A DNA stretch of 64,000 nucleotides from Thermoplasmata archaeon (lineage in GTDB: Archaea; Thermoplasmatota; Thermoplasmata; RBG-16-68-12; JAFNFQ01): assembly GCA_041489255.1 (NCBI GenBank), contig JBGPQV010000003.1:1-64000 (forward strand), written 5' to 3'. Position numbers and translations under genes: made by a program. Within the stretch, counting starts at the first letter, position 1, and each line of letters opens with the position of its first letter. Under the pieces are notes generated by a model. The model was not told where the DNA came from and did not search any database. It worked only from the letters and a program-made list of their open reading frames with translations. Of this stretch, positions 58,242 to 64,000 are shown one piece after another.

Positions 58242-58787
58242 TCATATCGACGAGAAGAGGCAATTATAGACAGTCGGAGGTCCCGGTTGCCCAGGTGCAT
58301 TACCTTTCATACTAGGTACTCTTAGGAAGAGAATCGACAATGGCAGCACCTCGATGCCTTCATTCCTGAGTTGATTCAGAATGCAGTCGTCCAGCTGTTT
58401 CAGTCTGTCGGGCACATTCTCGGGGTGCTGCCACCCTCTTTCCCCGAGCACACCCCAGTCGAACCTCGCAAGGGGCCGGGCCTTGCTGATGAATATGAAA
58501 GCCTCGTAACTGCCCATCGTCTTCTCTTCCGGCTTCGTGCGAGGGTCCCTCGAAACGGGTTTCAGTCTCGACTCCGAGGTTCGTATCCAGTGGCATATAT
58601 CGTAGTTCCCGTCTAGCCAATAGTACACGTTCACGCCGCATTCTTCTCTAATGCGTTGGCATAGTCTCTCCACCTTGGCGCTGTCTCTCATCGTGAACTC
58701 GAACTTGGGGTCCATCTTGTCGAAGTCCATCGATGGATACATCTCCCTTATCAGACGCATTATCTTGTCCGGAATCACGCTCTGCAT
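58242..58787 (-). CDS. Putative cognate immunity protein, copy 1 (181 aa)
   Basis: Starts 16 nt after the toxin stop codon. Confidence 0.82.
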   Translation of the reverse strand: MQSVIPDKIMRLIREMYPSMDFDKMDPKFEFTMRDSAKVERLCQRIREECGVNVYYWLDGNYDICHWIRTSESRLKPVSRDPRTKPEEKTMGSYEAFIFISKARPLARFDWGVLGERGWQHPENVPDRLKQLDDCILNQLRNEGIEVLPLSILFLRVPSMKGNAPGQPGPPTVYNCLFSSI

Positions 58788-58803
58788 TCAGATCATCTCA
58801 TGA

Positions 58804-61800
58804 TTATATCTGCTGTCGCCAGTCGTTCAATGCTTTAATCCAGGCCCATACATTCTCACCTTGCACAGGGAAGAATGAGATTATCGAACCATCTGAAGCC
58901 CTAACGACGATGGTTACCTCATCAATACCATACATGTGAGGCTTATAGGTGTAGATAAGATTGCCTGAATTGGTATCGAGCTTGATGTCTCCCAACGGGG
59001 TATTTCTTAGACCGTCCCTGAGCAACTCCCAGACTTGTGCGTCGGTCATTGCCGGAGGGAGCGTCTTTTCGATTGGATATCCAGTGATGGTCTTGCCCGT
59101 CGGGAAGAAGGATGTAATATCCTTATCCAAGCTGACTATGCTGCCTTCAATGTGGCGGCCAATGACATGGAACTGACCAAACCGCCCGTCTCCCATTTTG
59201 AGGACCGCGATGCCGTCGGGCAATCCGCTGGCCTTCCATGCTTTCAACACTTCATCAGCGCCAGCACCTTCGTCGAGCGGGTTAGCACCGTTCTTCCTAA
59301 CCCACGCTCCGAACCTTTCGAGGGCCCCAGGTTCGAGTTCGATTACATCTTTTGTCACAGACCTCCAGACACCCTCTCGAATAGCTCTATCCGGAAAGGC
59401 GGCTTCGAAACCGATTACTTCAGCCTCTGGAAGTCTCAACAACGCCTTTGTCCTTCCGCGAAGGATGTCGTCTGATATGCCGAGGACATCCGCACTCCAC
59501 TTGGTCATCAGCACCAAGCCCGCCAGCCCGATTCCGTTCGCGAACATCTCCTCGAAGAAGCCTCCGAACAGCTCTGCAAGTGCGTAGCTGCCAGCGAAGA
59601 TGGCACCCGCAAGGGCGAGTTTCACTGTGCATCGGCCGAAGTATTCATAAGCCCTAGCTGCGAAACTGATGATTCTTTGGAGGGGACCGAGCTTGGAAAG
59701 TGCTTGAGTAATCATTGCCCCAATGTTTCCAGCTTCGAGGGCTCCTTTGACAGCGGCTCCCGCACCCGCCGTCACAATCATTCCGATTATATTTCCGATC
59801 CAATACCAGTAATTGAATGTCTCGTGATCATTGCTCATGTCCCAGGGATCGTTGTCGCCGTCGGGAACCGGGTCGTAGGGATTGGCGTTTTCTGCTTGTT
59901 GAACTAAAGCGTCGTAGAGAGACCCAAGAGCGTTTCGCAATGTATCACCGGGATTCCCGCTATTGAGCAGGTCATGCCCGAACGATGCGCCAGAATCGAA
60001 CAGCGAACCTGCATTTTTCATAATGGACGGTATGCTCGTGAACATCCCCGAGAAACAATCCCACAAGCCGACTGCCATCCCTCCAACCTCTGGACCAAGA
60101 TACTTGACCGTCAGGTCTTTCAGAAGGTCCCGAGCTCTGTCAAAATATGTGTCTTGCTTGAGCCAGTAATGGTTTGCATTGCCGTTGACGTCCACCACAT
60201 AGAAATCGACGGTCTTGCCCGTGAATGCATCCAAGAAGCCGATGCTGAAGTCCTTATTGCGAGTGTCGAAGATATTCGCATAGAGATCGTCGTTGGAATA
60301 CTCCTTTCCATCAACGACAGTTATTAAGGACCCTAGCCCCACGTTGTCGGACATGACGATGGTGACGTGGACACACTTCAGCCCTTCCCAGCAAAGTGAG
60401 GTGGACCAAGACAAATCAATGTAAGGAACGACCAATTCCACTACGCTGGGTTCGTCATCTATGTCATCTTTCATCCTATCTCCATCGCTGTCCTGCTTTC
60501 TTGGGTCAACTTTCTGTAAGAACTCCATCAGATCATTTAGCCCGTCTCCGTCCGTGTCTTTCTTGTCCGGATCGGAAGTCACGTGGTAGCGAGTAAAGAG
60601 TGGCCTTATGGCCTCCGACACCATGTTCTGGGCGTGGACTGGAAGGGATGTATCGTCGAGTATGCGGGTCATCTCGTAGACGTTCGCGACGGAGGTGAGC
60701 ATGACCGTGTCCCATCCTAGGATCTCTATTCCGTCGAGCAGAAGGTCCCCGTCGCAATCAGGATTCAGCGGGTTAGTCACCCATCCATAAACACCAGTGA
60801 CTTCTTCGCCATCTTTGAGTCCGTCGCCATCCGTGTCGGGTTCCAACGGATTCGTCCCGTATCCACCGCCAGGATTCGGCTCCCCCAGGTAGCCCACCTC
60901 ACCTAACTCTTCACCAGAATCCCAGACTTGGTTGCGCAAGGTGTCGTGCCAGCCATCCCAGAGTCCGTCCCCATCCGTATCAGAGAGCACGGGACTTGTG
61001 CGGTAGTTCCGTTCCCCCATCAGCTCGCCAGAATCCCATATTTGATTGGGAGTCCCCTGATTGTCATTCCAGCCGTCCCAGAGTCCGTCCCCATCAGAGT
61101 CTGGATCGCATGCGTTTATGAGGCTATCACCATCAGTGTCAACCCACCAGTCTATTTCCGAACCATCTAAGATTCCATCTCCGTCACTGTCAGGATTTGT
61201 TGAGGAAAGGCACGAGTAGGCAGGTAAGCCCTCGATTCCGTCGCTCAGTCCATCGGAATCGGAATCCAGCAGATCTTCCGGCGTGTAATCTCTGCCGCCT
61301 AGAATCACGAGAATCGATTCGAGCAATAGATCGCCCTTGGTGCTCGAGTGGAACCGAATCGGTATGAATTGATAACCGTCCACATCCGGGTAGCTCGCCA
61401 GCAATGCGTTGATAGCGTCGGTATCCAAAAGCACAATCAGGTGGTCAGTCCATGGAAATGGGATGCCTGCATCAGGGCTGACATATCCCTCTTGCTTCCA
61501 CTCAGGATTGTCATCCCCCTCTGATGTCACGATATTGATGGAGACATCATGCGGATAATCTACGCAAAACATCTGATATACCAAAGAGCCCGAATCGGTA
61601 GTCCAATCAATCGATTCGAAGAAATTAACATCGTAGAGCAAAGCATGGTTTGCCCAAATTCGCGCGTCGTCGCTCGCGGCCCAATAGAATTCCCCGTTGA
61701 ACATCCTTAGTATCATCCAGTATGTGGTTTCCGCTTCTAGCAGTACTGGGGAATCGAATCGAAACTCAAGCCAACCGTAGAGGGCGCCGGATACTTCGAC

Positions 61801-64000
61801 TGAAGAAACGGCATAATCGCTTGCCAGAGGTCCAATTTCGCCGGTGGAGAGATCCCATGAGGCCGCCTCACCCAAGACGAGGTCGATCCATGCGGTTTCG
61901 CCAGTCGGAATGGCGTAGGCGACTGCGACTTTGACCGTAATTAGAGATTGAGGCCCATCGCTGGAGGAAATGTAGAATGGGACGCCCGCCGCGTATCCGG
62001 CCCATCCGTCATCAGGAACATGCAGCCCCGGGAATGTTGGGTTGGAGTCATGAGAACCTGACCATTTGTGGGGCTGGAATGTCAGGACCACCCGCGGAGC
62101 ATCCCAACCCATCACTGGTTTGACTTGTTCAAGAACCCCTTTCTTGACGGGGACTTTCAGATAGAGCTCGGTGTCTCCGCCGGTGTCTCCGCCAGCATCC
62201 TCAAAGAGCGTCCATGTATACCAATACGTCCCCACCTCCGGAGTTGCGCATTGGCCTGCATCATTGGTGCTACAAAGCCACTTGGGCCATTCCTCATACG
62301 CAGCGGCGCCGAACTCGGTGCCGTCTTTCGCCCCATCTGCATCGAAATCGCGCTGGAAGCTGTCAGCCATGGCGAAATCGCCTAGGGCGCCAGAAAGAGA
62401 CCAGACGTAGTCATACGCGGTATTCCTCCAAGTCTCCTCACCGATGTACTTATGTTTCATCGGAACCCATTCGCCTGCGTCCCCATTCCCATCCCAATGA
62501 TACATCAAGAGTCCATCCTCGCCCACTGGATTCCCTAAGTTGTCGACTGGACCCTCTGGATAACTGATTTTGACCACAGCGCGGTAGCCTTGAGCTGACG
62601 AGGTCTCCACGTGAATCACCTGCCCTACGAGCCCTGCATCAGTGAATGTCTGAGAACCTTCGGTAATGGTGACCGTTGCGCCAGGGTCAGGCATACCAAA
62701 ATCGAGGGCCACACTCACTCCAAGGTCTCTGTTGACTGCAATCACATCAGGCTCGAAGTCGGACGGGAGCAGGATTCCGAGCGTTGGGTTTGCGGCAGCG
62801 TCTGGGTCGATGTCGTATTCTAGGTTGCGAACGTCAAGGCCATCAGGTATCAAGTCGTAATCTGTGTCAGCGTCTGCGGGGTTGGTGTTCTGAAGATATT
62901 CCTGTAGGTTCGTGAGAGTGTCCCCATCCTTATATTCGGAAGAGTCATCATAGGTCGGCAATAGTCCGTATTTCACTTCCCAACCATCCGGCATCCCGTC
63001 AGGCTCTGTGTCCGCCTGTATAGGATTGGTGTCAGTCTGGATTTGCTCCACTGAATCGGTTAGCCCATCATTATCGCTGTCAGGTATGTTCGGATTGGTC
63101 TCAGCGGTTCCCTCCAGCCCCGTCCATGAGCCAGTATCTACGCGGCCGTCGATGTCACGATCTTCGAATTCCCCCTGTTCGATTCCATCGCTGTCAGTGT
63201 CAATCCACCCGTCGGGCAAACCATCTGAATCGCTATCCACATTCAACGGATTCGTTACCGTAGTTGGGTCCTCATCCGGGACGAATCCTGATGGTGCTCC
63301 CAAGGTCTGCGAGTCCCCGTCATTCTGCCAATCCGCAAGAGAATCGTAGCCTTGAGGCCAAGGGAGCCCTGCTTCCTGTCCGTCTGTCAGGTGATCACCA
63401 TCTGTGTCGCGCATACTTGGATTCGTTTCGATGTTGTCGACACAACCATCGCGGTCTACATCCTCAGTGCCGTCCCATAAACCGTCGTCATCTGTATCTC
63501 TATCCAGAGGATTCGTGGTTGTGCTTGAATCGGAATCTCTCTTGGGGATGCCAAATATGTCTCTGTCCAGTGTGTCGCCAACCTCCGGCAACCCAAGCTC
63601 AAGTCCATCAGGAAGCCCGTCACCATCCGTATCCGCAATCGAAGGGTCGGTTTCCTCTGCATCGATGTTGCCGTCAAGGTTCTTGTCCTCGCTCTCCCAT
63701 CTGTCAATCAGTCCATTCCCTTCCGTTCCCTGGGGATTCGTTGCGGGATCGTAGTCATCATGGTCAGGGTCAGGATTGCCGATCAGGTCATATCCGGGTT
63801 CCTGCCAGCTGAAAAGACAGCCTGACGCCCCCAAGCCACAATCCACCCATCCATCTGGCAGCCCATCCTTGTCTGTGTCTATGCTTGTGGGATTAGTCGT
63901 CACGGAGTCTGGGACATCATATCCTGGTACACCGGTCTCCACTCCATCCCCCAATCCATCATCGTCCGTGTCGGCATCCAGAGGATTCGTTAGATAGGTA
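58804..64000 (-). CDS. Giant polymorphic toxin-like protein (DxDGDG Ca-binding repeats, hydrophobic Gly/Ala region, C-terminal putative nuclease); 5' end outside the window
   Basis: Frame open to 64000; many TNP..DTDGDGL.DG.E repeats; WIGNIIGMIVTAGAGAAVKG; tip GQFHVIGRH..SFFP..IISFFP. Confidence 0.85.
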   Translation of the reverse strand, partial: TYLTNPLDADTDDDGLGDGVETGVPGYDVPDSVTTNPTSIDTDKDGLPDGWVDCGLGASGCLFSWQEPGYDLIGNPDPDHDDYDPATNPQGTEGNGLIDRWESEDKNLDGNIDAEETDPSIADTDGDGLPDGLELGLPEVGDTLDRDIFGIPKRDSDSSTTTNPLDRDTDDDGLWDGTEDVDRDGCVDNIETNPSMRDTDGDHLTDGQEAGLPWPQGYDSLADWQNDGDSQTLGAPSGFVPDEDPTTVTNPLNVDSDSDGLPDGWIDTDSDGIEQGEFEDRDIDGRVDTGSWTGLEGTAETNPNIPDSDNDGLTDSVEQIQTDTNPIQADTEPDGMPDGWEVKYGLLPTYDDSSEYKDGDTLTNLQEYLQNTNPADADTDYDLIPDGLDVRNLEYDIDPDAAANPTLGILLPSDFEPDVIAVNRDLGVSVALDFGMPDPGATVTITEGSQTFTDAGLVGQVIHVETSSAQGYRAVVKISYPEGPVDNLGNPVGEDGLLMYHWDGNGDAGEWVPMKHKYIGEETWRNTAYDYVWSLSGALGDFAMADSFQRDFDADGAKDGTEFGAAAYEEWPKWLCSTNDAGQCATPEVGTYWYTWTLFEDAGGDTGGDTELYLKVPVKKGVLEQVKPVMGWDAPRVVLTFQPHKWSGSHDSNPTFPGLHVPDDGWAGYAAGVPFYISSSDGPQSLITVKVAVAYAIPTGETAWIDLVLGEAASWDLSTGEIGPLASDYAVSSVEVSGALYGWLEFRFDSPVLLEAETTYWMILRMFNGEFYWAASDDARIWANHALLYDVNFFESIDWTTDSGSLVYQMFCVDYPHDVSINIVTSEGDDNPEWKQEGYVSPDAGIPFPWTDHLIVLLDTDAINALLASYPDVDGYQFIPIRFHSSTKGDLLLESILVILGGRDYTPEDLLDSDSDGLSDGIEGLPAYSCLSSTNPDSDGDGILDGSEIDWWVDTDGDSLINACDPDSDGDGLWDGWNDNQGTPNQIWDSGELMGERNYRTSPVLSDTDGDGLWDGWHDTLRNQVWDSGEELGEVGYLGEPNPGGGYGTNPLEPDTDGDGLKDGEEVTGVYGWVTNPLNPDCDGDLLLDGIEILGWDTVMLTSVANVYEMTRILDDTSLPVHAQNMVSEAIRPLFTRYHVTSDPDKKDTDGDGLNDLMEFLQKVDPRKQDSDGDRMKDDIDDEPSVVELVVPYIDLSWSTSLCWEGLKCVHVTIVMSDNVGLGSLITVVDGKEYSNDDLYANIFDTRNKDFSIGFLDAFTGKTVDFYVVDVNGNANHYWLKQDTYFDRARDLLKDLTVKYLGPEVGGMAVGLWDCFSGMFTSIPSIMKNAGSLFDSGASFGHDLLNSGNPGDTLRNALGSLYDALVQQAENANPYDPVPDGDNDPWDMSNDHETFNYWYWIGNIIGMIVTAGAGAAVKGALEAGNIGAMITQALSKLGPLQRIISFAARAYEYFGRCTVKLALAGAIFAGSYALAELFGGFFEEMFANGIGLAGLVLMTKWSADVLGISDDILRGRTKALLRLPEAEVIGFEAAFPDRAIREGVWRSVTKDVIELEPGALERFGAWVRKNGANPLDEGAGADEVLKAWKASGLPDGIAVLKMGDGRFGQFHVIGRHIEGSIVSLDKDITSFFPTGKTITGYPIEKTLPPAMTDAQVWELLRDGLRNTPLGDIKLDTNSGNLIYTYKPHMYGIDEVTIVVRASDGSIISFFPVQGENVWAWIKALNDWRQQI

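Overview
Archaeal, GC-rich window, most likely an uncultured Thermoplasmatota lineage. This is an inference from psmA, SBDS, Pop5, an intron-containing initiator tRNA, KaiC/RAD55 ATPases, DUF835-like and roadblock/longin proteins, and CARDB/PKD surface proteins. All domain and family calls are by-eye motif recognition; no database search was run. Layout: (1) 1-8.4 kb accessory block with MNT-HEPN and AbiEi/AbiEii toxin-antitoxin pairs plus a kinase -> receiver -> receiver-V4R -> roadblock -> roadblock-longin operon; the AbiE pair and the operon are bracketed by a ~70 bp direct repeat. (2) 8.5-40.6 kb mostly core genes: GNAT, CcdA-like cluster, CDF transporter, ATL-EndoV, rnhB, tRNA-iMet, two KaiC-like ATPases, ftsZ, rnp2-psmA-SBDS, a DnaA-AAA+/DUF835 fusion, orphan nuoB/nuoI, HdrD-like, sufCBDSU and a Rab-like GTPase. 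(3) A decayed integrative element at tRNA-Ser(GCT). (4) Large surface proteins. (5) From 56.5 kb to the window end, a polymorphic toxin locus: a >1700 aa Ca-binding-repeat protein with a putative nuclease tip, followed by three 181-aa immunity paralogues interleaved with orphan toxin tips. Other unexplained signals: two unrelated degenerate 21-nt tandem arrays, apparent ACG start codons behind Shine-Dalgarno motifs, and several unannotated micro-ORFs.
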